A DNA stretch of 48,141 nt from an uncultured virus (IMG/VR IMGVR_UViG_3300010163_001408) (IMGVR_UViG_3300010163_001408); one strand, 5' to 3'; shown: positions 10,346 through 20,211, counted from the first letter of the stretch. Numbers and translations: made by a program. The notes: generated from the sequence alone by a model not told the origin.

Positions 10346-10477
10346 ATTAAATATACTATGACAATAAAATAGGCCTAAAATGACACATAGTGGTAAAATT
10401 TGGTATGCCTTAACAGATGCATTACAATTAGATTGTGATAACAATATTTTAAATTAAAAAGGAAAGGGTGAACAGAT

Positions 10478-11398
10478 ATGATTAATCCTGGCGTAATTTA
10501 TAATGTAACAGGTAGGTATATGAATGGCAGAGAAGTCATAGGGTATCACCTTGTGGGTGAAGATGGAAGTCAGGCACAAGAAAATAGAGAAAGAGTAATA
10601 TTTCTTATTGGCAAGGGTGCTATAGCTAATATGCGTATTCAAATAGATGCTAATAAGGAGATAATATTAAGAGGTAAAGGTGTGAACCTGAACAATTTAC
10701 CTGTATATGATCAAGGTAAGCAACAGTTCAGAAATAATAACATATCTCAATCAGCAGCAAACACTGGAGTGTCAGTTAGTAAACATGTAGACTGTGCAAA
10801 TCCAATGGGGCAATACAGAATATTGCGTAGAATAATGTACAAAAATAAATGTTTAGGCTATGAAGTACAGGATTACAGCGGTGCAATAACTAGAAAGAAG
10901 CGTGAGCAAGTAATTAATTTAGCAGTAGCAAGATTAATAAGTAACGCTGTAGCACAGAAGTGTACAAGACCTAATAGTACAGTACCAGAGGTAATATTAA
11001 GAGGTGTAGGTTGTGATTTAAAAGCATTGCCTATTCTAATTGTTAATGATCAAGGAAAAATAATTGATCCACTTACAGACAAGAGTAAGTTGGCAGTCAG
11101 AGGAGTTTACATGAAACATGCAGGAATGTTACATAACAATATAAGTAAGAAGGATACATTTTTTGAAGCTGGCGACTTTATAATATGTAATCCTGATGGA
11201 AGCATAGATATACAAAAGAAACACATAGCAGAAAAGAGTTATGTGCAAGACAAAAATAGAGATAGTGCAGTGTGTGACGATTATTTAACCAATGCAAAAT
11301 ATTATTCAATAGAAATATTTGGTGGGAATCCTATAACATTAGGAGAACAGATAATAAAATCCTGGGCAATACTTGTTCCAAATAAAGTAAGAGCATAA
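10478..11398 (+). CDS. Hypothetical protein with two copies of the window's recurrent ~70-aa domain plus a C-terminal GDFII-type domain
   Basis: IGYHL...IANM...ILRGKGVNLNNLP and LGYEV...ISNA...ILRGVGCDLKALP; C-terminal EAGDFIICNPDG. Confidence 0.8.
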   Translation: MINPGVIYNVTGRYMNGREVIGYHLVGEDGSQAQENRERVIFLIGKGAIANMRIQIDANKEIILRGKGVNLNNLPVYDQGKQQFRNNNISQSAANTGVSVSKHVDCANPMGQYRILRRIMYKNKCLGYEVQDYSGAITRKKREQVINLAVARLISNAVAQKCTRPNSTVPEVILRGVGCDLKALPILIVNDQGKIIDPLTDKSKLAVRGVYMKHAGMLHNNISKKDTFFEAGDFIICNPDGSIDIQKKHIAEKSYVQDKNRDSAVCDDYLTNAKYYSIEIFGGNPITLGEQIIKSWAILVPNKVRA

Positions 11399-11408
11399 AG
11401 ATCTAATG

Positions 11409-11450
11409 TAATAGGTCATTCAGATAAACACTGAATGACCTATTATTTAT
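11409..11450 (+). terminator. Intrinsic terminator
   Basis: taataggtcattcag / ctgaatgacctatta perfect 15-bp stem just after the stop codon. Confidence 0.85.
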
Positions 11451-11695
11451 TGCATAGATATAATATTGGATATACAATAAGTAAAAATCATATACCATAA
11501 ATTGTGTAATTAACATTTTTTAATAAACATATTAATTAAAGGGTAATTTATGGAATAATAAAATAATTTAAAACAACACGAGAATACTATTTTCCGACAT
11601 TTAACAATAATAGTATAATACATTAGGATAAAATTGATGGTATCATTAGGGGTAAAATTTTGGGTGGAAATTTTCCGGATTTTTTGGTGAGATAA

Positions 11696-11769
11696 GGGGT
11701 AGGGGGTAAAAAGTAGGGAAAGGGGAAAAGGTAACAAAAGTAGGGAAAGTGGGAAAAATGGGACGGGGG
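11696..11769 (+). other. G-rich tract with G-quadruplex-forming potential
   Basis: Eight runs of three or more G; 11743-11769 GGG-AAAGT-GGG-AAAAAT-GGG-AC-GGGGG fits the canonical G4 pattern; direct repeat aaaagtagggaaag occurs twice. Confidence 0.7.
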
Positions 11770-11989
11770 AAGAAAACAGAATAGTTGTTCACTATAAATG
11801 ACACAATTTACAATAAAGGCTAAGCATGACAGCAAAAACGGGTATAATTAAGCATAAATAATCAATAGCATTAAACTGTAAAAGAAAGGTTTGGTTTAAG
11901 TCATATATAAAAGGATAATATACAATATAAAAACTAAAATCATGTTAGATTAATAATTAAGCCAATGGAATAAAAGTTCAGGAATATAC

Positions 11990-12018
11990 TTGACTTTTTA
12001 ATAAAAATATGATATAAT
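11990..12018 (+). promoter_or_regulatory. SigA/sigma70 promoter with extended -10
   Basis: TTGACT-N17-TATAAT with TG at 12010-12011, directly upstream of ATG 12036. Confidence 0.8.
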
Positions 12019-12035
12019 AAGAGAGGCTAAGAGAA

Positions 12036-13079
12036 ATGAGTAAGAACAGTACTTTAGCAAGTACGTTACAGATGCCTGGGCGTATAACGAAGGATGAATC
12101 CTTCAAGGACATTATAAGATATAAGGGTGTAACATCAACATTATTAAAATTTGCCATTCCAGAACTTAACAATACAAGTGTTGTTGATGTGGCAAAAGCT
12201 ATTATAGATACAAGACCACACAGTGGAATAATATCAAATTCAGACCTACTTGATGATGAAGTAGACTTCATGCCATCGGAATCAGGTACACGTGATGAAA
12301 AGAATATAATTCATGATGCTGTATTATGGTTAGGTATTGATGAATTACCTCAGACAATAAATGTTAAGGTAGGTGATGGTGGGCACATTACAATTAACCT
12401 AGAGATGCAATCTAAAGTAACTAATTTAGGTTATAATATATTTACAAGGCTAATGTATTATGGGTGCTCACTGTTTAGAGATACAGTCAAAGCAGGTGAT
12501 ACTAAGTATGCAAATGCTAATAAGGTGTATACCATATGGTTTTGTAATGAAGTATTACCACTCAATTACTATAATGGGGAAATTCCCTTAACAGAATATG
12601 TACATCGTTGGGGATTCAGAAGATTCTATACAGATATACTTCGTTGGCAGGCACCCAAAGAAGTTGAGACAGACTTTGTAGAAGTAGTTGTTGTAGAAAT
12701 ACCAAAGATACCAAAAGGTAAAACCACTGCTGAAGATCTTGTATATGATTTATTTAAAGATACAGGTAACTTCCTAAGTAATTTAGAGAAAGTTGAAAAA
12801 GTAAACTTAACAAAAATAAAGGGAGGCATGTTGAAAGTGATAGATTATGAGGTAATGTTAGAGAAAAGAGTAGCAGAGGCTAAGGAAGAATTTAAGGAAG
12901 AAATTAAAAAAGAAGTTACAAAAGGTAGCCAATTAGACATAGCAAAAAATGCTATTACCTGGTTAAAAAAGCAGAATCCAAAGGTATCATATGACAAAAT
13001 AATAAAGCAAGTAGGCATAATGCTAAAACTTGATACAGATATAGTAGAAGAGTTAAATAAGCAGTATAGCATAAGCTAA
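12036..13079 (+). CDS. Rpn family PD-(D/E)XK nuclease (recombination-promoting nuclease / putative transposase)
   Basis: KDESFKDII N-terminal motif, HDAVL...INLEMQ catalytic pattern, RLMYYG...VYTIWF, charged helical C-terminus. Confidence 0.7.
   Translation: MSKNSTLASTLQMPGRITKDESFKDIIRYKGVTSTLLKFAIPELNNTSVVDVAKAIIDTRPHSGIISNSDLLDDEVDFMPSESGTRDEKNIIHDAVLWLGIDELPQTINVKVGDGGHITINLEMQSKVTNLGYNIFTRLMYYGCSLFRDTVKAGDTKYANANKVYTIWFCNEVLPLNYYNGEIPLTEYVHRWGFRRFYTDILRWQAPKEVETDFVEVVVVEIPKIPKGKTTAEDLVYDLFKDTGNFLSNLEKVEKVNLTKIKGGMLKVIDYEVMLEKRVAEAKEEFKEEIKKEVTKGSQLDIAKNAITWLKKQNPKVSYDKIIKQVGIMLKLDTDIVEELNKQYSIS
12831..13079 (+). CDS. Putative in-frame internal small protein (Rpn-S-like intragenic antitoxin, ~80 aa)
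   Basis: Internal GGGAGG at 12821-12826 followed by in-frame ATG 12828, TTG 12831 and GTG 12837. Confidence 0.5.
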   Translation: MKVIDYEVMLEKRVAEAKEEFKEEIKKEVTKGSQLDIAKNAITWLKKQNPKVSYDKIIKQVGIMLKLDTDIVEELNKQYSIS

Positions 13080-13163
13080 TAAAACAAGTAAACATAATAC
13101 CAAAATTTAGAGAACTATACAAAAACCAAGCCATATCCAAAAAATATAAGTATAAACATCACA

Positions 13164-13210
13164 AAAATAGGATGTCATTAAAATAGCAAATGGCATCCCA
13201 TTTTTATTTT
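13164..13210 (+). terminator. Intrinsic terminator
   Basis: ggatgtcatt / aatggcatcc stem with a T-run. Confidence 0.7.
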
Positions 13211-13271
13211 TAAATATCCTAGAAATTATACATAAAAATACTTAAAGATATTAAAATTTTAATTTAAGGGA

Positions 13272-16148
13272 ATGATTGGCATGAATATTTTAAATACAAA
13301 ACTCACTGATGAACAGAAGGAAATCTTTGAGGAATGTAAATTATCATTACAAAAGCATAATCAAGCTGCTGTGCTGTTAAGCATGGGTGGAGGAAAATCG
13401 TATATAGCAACTAGTATTGTAAAATACTTAAAGAAAAATAAAAAAGACTTTAATATCATCTGGATTACTACATTGAATGACATGAACAAGGCCAAGAGTT
13501 TAATGTCAGACGAGTACTTTAGCGAATCAATTACTTATGTAACATTTAATAAACTGTGGAGAGATAATAATTATGCAGACGAGTTAGCTAATATGCATAA
13601 GAATTATGGTCTTATTGTAATTGATGAGGCTCATCATGCCTTGGCACCCCAGACCTATAAGGGAGTAAAACAAATACTTGATAAATTTAACAAGGCAAAG
13701 TTACTAGTAATGACAGCAACTAAAAGACGTTACTCAGACAGAAAACATATATTTGAGTGGTTAACACCTAAGCTTAAACTAGGTGTAGATTACAAGGATA
13801 GAGGATTAAAATACGCAATAAATAATAAACTGACATGTGATTTTGTTTATAAATCATGTAATATTCAAATGATTAAAGATTATTGCAATGCATTAAAATT
13901 ATTGCAGGAATACTCAGTAATATTTAAAGAATTTGATGATTTAATTGTTAAGTCAAATAAAATAGTGGATGACTACACAAAGAATATATTTACTAAGCTT
14001 GGGGAACAAATGCAACAAGACCTTGAAGTAGACGGATCACAAGGTGATAGATGGTTTGTTTTCTTCAGTACAATATCAGAAATTCAACAAACAAAGGATA
14101 ACATAGAGGAACTGTTTAAGATTGCATATAGCAATACAGCAGCTAAAATAAATATAATTGAGTATCATTCAGAAATAACGGATAACAATGTTATAAATAA
14201 TATAATCTGTGAGCCTATAAAGGGTCAAGTAGATGTTATATTGACATGCAATAAAGGTTCAGAGAGTTTACATCCTAAGAATACACGTGGCATTATTATG
14301 CTCAGGAAAACATTATCAGGTACAGTGTTTGAGCAGCAGATAGGCAGAGCACTTGAGATTAGAGAAGCATGTTCATATGTAAAATATATTTATGACTGTG
14401 TGGATAATAAGAAAAACATTGATAAAAATGAATCAATTTACAATGGTAAAGAAGCATTAGACGAAAGAAGAATATTAAGTGCGTTTAATGAAATAAGTAA
14501 AAGTGATGATGTACTAAATATGTTAAATAAAAAGTATGGTGATACCTTTGATGTTGAAGTAATGGACTCTGACTTAGAGGATATACTAAAAAGATATGAG
14601 AGTGTAAAAGATTTATTTGAAAGTTATAGCCAAGCTGAAAAAATAGACTATACACTAAGACATGAATTAGGACCTGACTATATAAATAAGATATTAAATA
14701 ATGGTGTGCTCCTAAGAAACTCATTGGAGCAGTTTGATACAAGGAACAAGTCAAACTTATTGACAGTGTTTAACAATATCCAAAATAAATTTATCAATGG
14801 TTTCTTTGGTGAGCATTATTGTGATGAAGAACCAGTAAATGATATGTACTATAAGTTGTTCGGGACATTTAACAACATTTTATACTTAACACCTGGATGT
14901 ACAGGGGACAGTGGATATAAACTTTCAGACTTAATTAAAATAGCGAATGAAGTAGCTAAATATAACTATGACTATAGAAAGAGTATATCACGAACAAAAG
15001 AGTTAAAGACAGAGATAGCTAAACTAAGGGCACTTAATTTGCAAGGAAGACTAAGTGAATCTTATCAGAAATTCTGTATCAGAAATAAGATAGACATTAA
15101 TGGAATATATACAAACTTAATAAAAGAGGTATTAGATTCCAGTGAAATTAGTAAATACCCTAATTTACTAAATGAGTTTAAAACTCTTGCTAAGAGACTT
15201 AGTACATTTAAGAATGGCTATGATGGTAGGGAGTTAGCAGACGAAGATAAAGAAGAACTCTACAACATTTTAGTTAAAGAGCAAATATTTACCTTTAAGT
15301 ACAAGCAGAATCCATACGGATACCAGACATCAACTGCCATAAACCTCACTTACAGAAGTATATTAAAATTAGCAAAACACTTAGTATCCAGAGAAGATTA
15401 TATAAAAGCATATAGAATTATGCGAGGAATAGTGAGGGCATATATATTAAAAGATGATAATAGCATAGAAAGGCTAATGAGTAAAGATGATGAATATGCA
15501 ATCTTAGATCTCATAAAACGTAGTGAACAAAATAATGTTACATTATATGAATTGTATATGCTTGAGAATTTAGATATAAGGGTACTCAATAAGGTTAACA
15601 CAAACACTAACATTTACAAGCTAATCAATATAACACCTTTTGGAATCATTTATAACAGATTTATAGAACAACAGTCAAAAAATGATTATATAAAATTGTC
15701 CAACTACAAGATAGAAGGTTTACCAGAGTGTGCTCGGAAGTTACTTAGGAACAATAGGTATGTACAAGGAAAACAAACCATGGAAACAAATAGTTTGTTG
15801 GATAAAGAAAGTAAGACAGTTGAACAAGCAGTAGAAAACTTAGTGTTTGATAATGAAAATAGTATCAGTATCATTAAAAATGCAATTTCAAACAATGAGA
15901 TAGATTGCAGAAAAATATTAAAATATGCAATTCCATCAAACATATATAAACAAAACACTAAGTGCTTCAATAAGGCATTAACAACAGACTGGAGCAGTTT
16001 AGATGAAGCAACAAAAAGTGTAATAGTAAGGAGCCTTGAAAAGAGTGAAGCATGCTATGACTCGATAGTGGAAAACCTTATTGAATATGAGATAATACCT
16101 ACTGAACAAATGGAGTTTGCTAAGAAATTAATTGAAATAGCACAGTAG
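13272..16148 (+). CDS. Superfamily 2 DEAH helicase (ResIII/restriction-R-like) with long helical C-terminal extension
   Basis: LTDEQ, MGGGKS, IDEAHH, MTAT and QQIGRALE motifs in the first ~380 aa; ~580 aa unassigned. Confidence 0.85.
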   Translation: MIGMNILNTKLTDEQKEIFEECKLSLQKHNQAAVLLSMGGGKSYIATSIVKYLKKNKKDFNIIWITTLNDMNKAKSLMSDEYFSESITYVTFNKLWRDNNYADELANMHKNYGLIVIDEAHHALAPQTYKGVKQILDKFNKAKLLVMTATKRRYSDRKHIFEWLTPKLKLGVDYKDRGLKYAINNKLTCDFVYKSCNIQMIKDYCNALKLLQEYSVIFKEFDDLIVKSNKIVDDYTKNIFTKLGEQMQQDLEVDGSQGDRWFVFFSTISEIQQTKDNIEELFKIAYSNTAAKINIIEYHSEITDNNVINNIICEPIKGQVDVILTCNKGSESLHPKNTRGIIMLRKTLSGTVFEQQIGRALEIREACSYVKYIYDCVDNKKNIDKNESIYNGKEALDERRILSAFNEISKSDDVLNMLNKKYGDTFDVEVMDSDLEDILKRYESVKDLFESYSQAEKIDYTLRHELGPDYINKILNNGVLLRNSLEQFDTRNKSNLLTVFNNIQNKFINGFFGEHYCDEEPVNDMYYKLFGTFNNILYLTPGCTGDSGYKLSDLIKIANEVAKYNYDYRKSISRTKELKTEIAKLRALNLQGRLSESYQKFCIRNKIDINGIYTNLIKEVLDSSEISKYPNLLNEFKTLAKRLSTFKNGYDGRELADEDKEELYNILVKEQIFTFKYKQNPYGYQTSTAINLTYRSILKLAKHLVSREDYIKAYRIMRGIVRAYILKDDNSIERLMSKDDEYAILDLIKRSEQNNVTLYELYMLENLDIRVLNKVNTNTNIYKLINITPFGIIYNRFIEQQSKNDYIKLSNYKIEGLPECARKLLRNNRYVQGKQTMETNSLLDKESKTVEQAVENLVFDNENSISIIKNAISNNEIDCRKILKYAIPSNIYKQNTKCFNKALTTDWSSLDEATKSVIVRSLEKSEACYDSIVENLIEYEIIPTEQMEFAKKLIEIAQ

Positions 16149-16190
16149 CATAGATTTGGCATTAAAAATTAAATAGGAATTACACTACAA

Positions 16191-16264
16191 TTTTAGTCTA
16201 TACATTAAGATAATTAGATTGGCATATAAAAGATAATGTATAGGCTAAAAAATTGGCCTTTTTT
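16191..16264 (+). promoter_or_regulatory. Overlapping antiterminator-like and terminator-like hairpins upstream of the topoisomerase B gene
   Basis: 17-bp stem 16191-16207 / 16234-16250 overlaps the hairpin aggctaa / ttggcct plus T-run (16242-16264). Confidence 0.45.
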
Positions 16265-16352
16265 AATATACTAAAAGTAATTTAATTTTTTATGGTGGTG
16301 TTTGTAAAAATATTAGATGCATTTCAATTACAGCAGGAGGATAAATAGAATT

Positions 16353-18359
16353 ATGGCTCAGCATGTTACAAGTGATTCAAGAAATATGAAACGGTTGAAA
16401 GATGAGCAACAGATAAGGCAGAGACCCGCACCAACATTTGGTACTAATGATGAAAAAGGTGCATTTCATAGTGTAGAAGAAATTATAGCAAACTCTATTG
16501 ATGAGGCTCGTGAGGGATTTGGTAAAAGCATTAAAGTTATAGTGGAGCAAGGCAACACTATAACTGTAGAGGATGATGGACGTGGACTTCCTATGGATTG
16601 GAATGAAGCAGAGCAAATGTACAACTGGGAGTTAGCATTATGTACATTATATGCATCAGGGAAGTATGATTCAAGTCAGTATGGACAGTCACTAGGACTT
16701 AACGGATTAGGTTTAACAGCTACTCAGTATGCATCATCATTTATGGATGTTTGGTCAACATATGATGGTAAAACACATTATATGCACTTTGAAAAGGGTA
16801 GACCTATAGGAGAGTTGCAAATACTTAAGCCAATTAGAGAGGGTACTGGTACGAAAATAAGATTTCAGCCTGACCCAGAAGTGTTTCCAGCATTAAAGAG
16901 AGTGCCATTAAGCAAGGAGATGTTTCTACCACTACTTAATAGCCAAGCTATGTTGCATGATAAACTTGAGATATTGTTCACTCATTATGATTTTCAGAAT
17001 CAGACCAAGCGATTCTATTATGAAGGTGGCATGGCAGAGTTTGTAGATGCTGTAATCGAGGATAAGAAGATGTTATCTTCAGCAGCGTCATTTAATGATA
17101 AGGATACTGGTACGGATGAACCAGATAACATAGAAGATTATCCACCTTATGAAGTAAATATGAGAATAGCATTTAATTTCTGTAGAGATTCAAGCTTAAT
17201 TCAGATATATCATAATGGCTCATTCATGTTTGAAGGTGGAACAACAGTAGATGGCTTTGAATATGGTATAACAAAAGCGTTTACAGATGTAGGACGTGCA
17301 ACAGGTAAATTAACAAGAGCAGATAAGTTCTTATTCAAAGACATAGCTTCCATGTTAATATGCGTGGCAAGTACAGATGCACCTGGTAACAGGACATTCT
17401 TTAAGAATCAAACAAAAGGTGCCATAAACAATCCATTTATTGGTAAATGCTTTGCACAGTTTGTATATAATAAAGTGAGATATTGGTTAGAAAATAATAA
17501 AGCATCAGCAGACAAAGTATTAAGCGAAGCTATTGTAAATAAAAAGGCTAGAGAAGAAGGGGATGCTGTTAGTAAAAAAGTAATTAGCAGCTTGAGTAAA
17601 CAAGTAACCTTTGGAAATAAGCCTAAGGACTTTAAAGATTGTTCAAGTAAAAATATATTTGAAAGAGAGTTATATATTGTAGAAGGACGTTCAGCATTAG
17701 GATCAGTAAAATTAAGCTGTGATTCAAAATTCCAAGGCGTTATGCCTGTAAGAGGTAAGCCAATCAATTGCTTGAAAGAAAAGATTACAAGAGTATTAAA
17801 CAATGACGTAATAGTGGAACTATACAGAGTATTTGGTTGCGGCATGGAAGTAAAATCTAAATATATAGATAATCTTCCAGAATTTGACTTAGACAAGTTA
17901 AATTGGGGTAAGTTAATAATATGTACTGATGCTGATGTAGATGGTATGCATATAAGATGTTTACTAATTACTATGTTTTATATATTATCACCTACATTAT
18001 TAAAAGCAGGTAAGGTATATATTGCAGAAACACCCTTGTATGAAATGACATACAAGAAAGAAACAAGATTTGCATTTGATGATAAAGAGAAAGAAAGAAT
18101 ATTAGAGGAGTTTAAAACATTAGGTGCAAAAGAAAGTCAAATAAAAATTCAGAGATCAAAGGGATTAGGTGAAAATGACCCAGAGATGATGAGTATTTCA
18201 ACTATGAAGCCTGAAACAAGAAGATTAGTACCTGTAGAATATCCCGAGAATAGCAGCGATTTAATGACTTATTTCAATGCATTACTTGGAGATGACCTTG
18301 AAACAAGAAGAATGTTGATTGATGAATACTTCGACTTAACACCTGATGATGTAGACTAA
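16353..18359 (+). CDS. gyrB: Type IIA topoisomerase subunit B (GyrB/ParE family)
   Basis: GHKL motifs EIIANSIDE, VEDDGRG, GLNGLG; TOPRIM VEGRSA, PVRGK, TDADVDG; QRSKGLGE. AGGAGG at 16335 favours ATG 16353 over 16317. Confidence 0.93.
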   Translation: MAQHVTSDSRNMKRLKDEQQIRQRPAPTFGTNDEKGAFHSVEEIIANSIDEAREGFGKSIKVIVEQGNTITVEDDGRGLPMDWNEAEQMYNWELALCTLYASGKYDSSQYGQSLGLNGLGLTATQYASSFMDVWSTYDGKTHYMHFEKGRPIGELQILKPIREGTGTKIRFQPDPEVFPALKRVPLSKEMFLPLLNSQAMLHDKLEILFTHYDFQNQTKRFYYEGGMAEFVDAVIEDKKMLSSAASFNDKDTGTDEPDNIEDYPPYEVNMRIAFNFCRDSSLIQIYHNGSFMFEGGTTVDGFEYGITKAFTDVGRATGKLTRADKFLFKDIASMLICVASTDAPGNRTFFKNQTKGAINNPFIGKCFAQFVYNKVRYWLENNKASADKVLSEAIVNKKAREEGDAVSKKVISSLSKQVTFGNKPKDFKDCSSKNIFERELYIVEGRSALGSVKLSCDSKFQGVMPVRGKPINCLKEKITRVLNNDVIVELYRVFGCGMEVKSKYIDNLPEFDLDKLNWGKLIICTDADVDGMHIRCLLITMFYILSPTLLKAGKVYIAETPLYEMTYKKETRFAFDDKEKERILEEFKTLGAKESQIKIQRSKGLGENDPEMMSISTMKPETRRLVPVEYPENSSDLMTYFNALLGDDLETRRMLIDEYFDLTPDDVD

Positions 18360-18372
18360 AAATAAAATTAAT

Positions 18373-18414
18373 TAGTAGTCATATCATTCTAAATTGATAT
18401 GACTACTATTTTTT
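18373..18414 (+). terminator. Intrinsic terminator
   Basis: tagtagtcatatca / tgatatgactacta perfect 14-bp stem plus T6. Confidence 0.9.
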
Positions 18415-18470
18415 ACCTTCATTACAAAAAGAAGATATATTTTTAATAATTTAAAGATAGGAGATTAAGC

Positions 18471-19442
18471 ATGGGATTTTCAGATTATATTAAACAAGAT
18501 AATTCAGGCAATATTATAGTAGCAATAAATAATTTACCTAGTAATGCTTTTATTGATGCAATTAAAGTAAGAGATTTAGCAGAAGTAAGAATACTAGATA
18601 GAAAAATAAATAACATAGAGCCAGGTGGAAAAGATGTTAAACTAAGAAGTCTTACAGGTGAAACATCTATGCTTTCAAGAAAAGAATTGATAGAAAGATA
18701 TAAGACAATTCGTGGTAAGAGTGTTACATTAGCATTTTTTAGGCATGAAAAAAATTATTTAGTAGAAAGTACCTGCAAGGAACCTTATAAAGTCATGAAA
18801 TTACCAAGTAATTGCATTGGAAATTTTGGGGGTAAAAGGGTAGAGCCAGGTAGTTACATAGTATGCAAAACAGATGAATCAGGTAACACAACAGTTGGTA
18901 TTATATCTCCATCAAGGTTTAGACAAATGTTTAAGATACCAATGCAAGATGTGATTAAAAGAAATATGAATGGCAATAAGAATAAGAATTTCACACTATT
19001 TAACAAGCCAAAGCAGTTTAGAAAAAAGCCAAACATATTAGCAAAACAGCCAGCAGCACCTCAAATAACAGTAGCACAGCAGAAACCAGTGCTGAATCCA
19101 TCAATGCTGAGAAAACAGCCAGTGACATCTCAAATAACACAGACAAACAGGCAATTTACAGTAGATAATTCAAAATTCAAGAGTATAAACACACCTACAA
19201 CAAATTATAGATTTAGAATAACAAGAAGGATAGTAAGTGTTCGTAATACAAAACAGTTATTAGGCTATGAAATACAAGAGATACAAACAGGTAGAGTAAA
19301 ATCATTCCAGTTAAATAGAGTAATGAAAATGTGTGAGATGCAATTAGTTGAGAATGCCATGATAGTAACACATACAAATGGAATGAAATACTTAAGAGGA
19401 AATGGAATAGTACTTGATAATTTACCTAAAATATTAGCATAG
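18471..19442 (+). CDS. Hypothetical protein: PGSYIV-type domain, Q/P-rich linker, C-terminal copy of the recurrent ~70-aa domain
   Basis: C-terminal FRITRR...LLGYEI...VENA...YLRGNGIVLDNLP. Confidence 0.8.
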   Translation: MGFSDYIKQDNSGNIIVAINNLPSNAFIDAIKVRDLAEVRILDRKINNIEPGGKDVKLRSLTGETSMLSRKELIERYKTIRGKSVTLAFFRHEKNYLVESTCKEPYKVMKLPSNCIGNFGGKRVEPGSYIVCKTDESGNTTVGIISPSRFRQMFKIPMQDVIKRNMNGNKNKNFTLFNKPKQFRKKPNILAKQPAAPQITVAQQKPVLNPSMLRKQPVTSQITQTNRQFTVDNSKFKSINTPTTNYRFRITRRIVSVRNTKQLLGYEIQEIQTGRVKSFQLNRVMKMCEMQLVENAMIVTHTNGMKYLRGNGIVLDNLPKILA

Positions 19443-19455
19443 AGGAATAGAAGCA

Positions 19456-20064
19456 ATGATAAATTTATCAGAAGTCTTTAATATGATAGGAGAAAACGGG
19501 TGTCAAGATGTTGCAACATCTCTTGTTATGCAAGGAATAGATGCAAGTATAAGCATACCAATTTATGACATATTTTACCTTACAATAAAACCGGCTAACC
19601 ATGCTCAATTTTTATGTGATTCAATACAAGAGTTTAGTATGATTAGAAACTTAGCAAGAAATTGTGGAGCGGTAGCTTGTACAATAAATATATTAGACAT
19701 AGATATATTAACATTAGGTGGAGTATTATGTATTTATACACCTAATACTGGAATGAATGTATTCTTTAAATTAGGAAACATAATTGTTGAAAACTTACCT
19801 GATGACATCATAAATGAAATAGTATATTTATCAGGTATTACGATACCTGAAGGGGTCATATCATTTACATTGGAATTTGTAATGGATGCAATTCAAAGTT
19901 TATTAGATAGACTTATAGATATAATGAGCAATAACCTAGAAGAATATAATATAAACCTATTACACTGGGAAGAATTACCTGAATATTATAATATAATAAA
20001 AGAATCAGGCGAGATGATAATGATGCTACAGTACAGACAAGGAACAGGGGCAGTGATCTTATAA
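19456..20064 (+). CDS. Hypothetical protein
   Basis: 202-aa ORF following a GAGG RBS; no recognised motif. Confidence 0.65.
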   Translation: MINLSEVFNMIGENGCQDVATSLVMQGIDASISIPIYDIFYLTIKPANHAQFLCDSIQEFSMIRNLARNCGAVACTINILDIDILTLGGVLCIYTPNTGMNVFFKLGNIIVENLPDDIINEIVYLSGITIPEGVISFTLEFVMDAIQSLLDRLIDIMSNNLEEYNINLLHWEELPEYYNIIKESGEMIMMLQYRQGTGAVIL

Positions 20065-20109
20065 AGCTACAATTTACAATATTTTAAATACAGTATGTTT
20101 TGCAAGTAT

Positions 20110-20156
20110 ACAATGCTGATAAATTAGGATACATATTTACCAGCATTGTTTTATTT
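20110..20156 (+). terminator. Intrinsic terminator
   Basis: acaatgctgataaat / atttaccagcattgt stem (one mismatch) plus T-run. Confidence 0.7.
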
Positions 20157-20211
20157 AAGATTAAATTTTAAAATTATTATTGAATAATATTTATGGAGGA
20201 TACATTGAAAA

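Noticed and set aside
11510..11835. Two short minus-strand ORFs over the G-rich tract
   Set aside because: The P/F-rich translations just mirror the G/A runs; no RBS or coding signal.
13168..13200. Similarity of this hairpin (taggatgtcat...aatggcatcc) to 48061-48121
   Set aside because: Only two ~10-nt arms match with different spacing; insufficient to call a repeat family or trans-acting antitoxin, though a folding check would be cheap.
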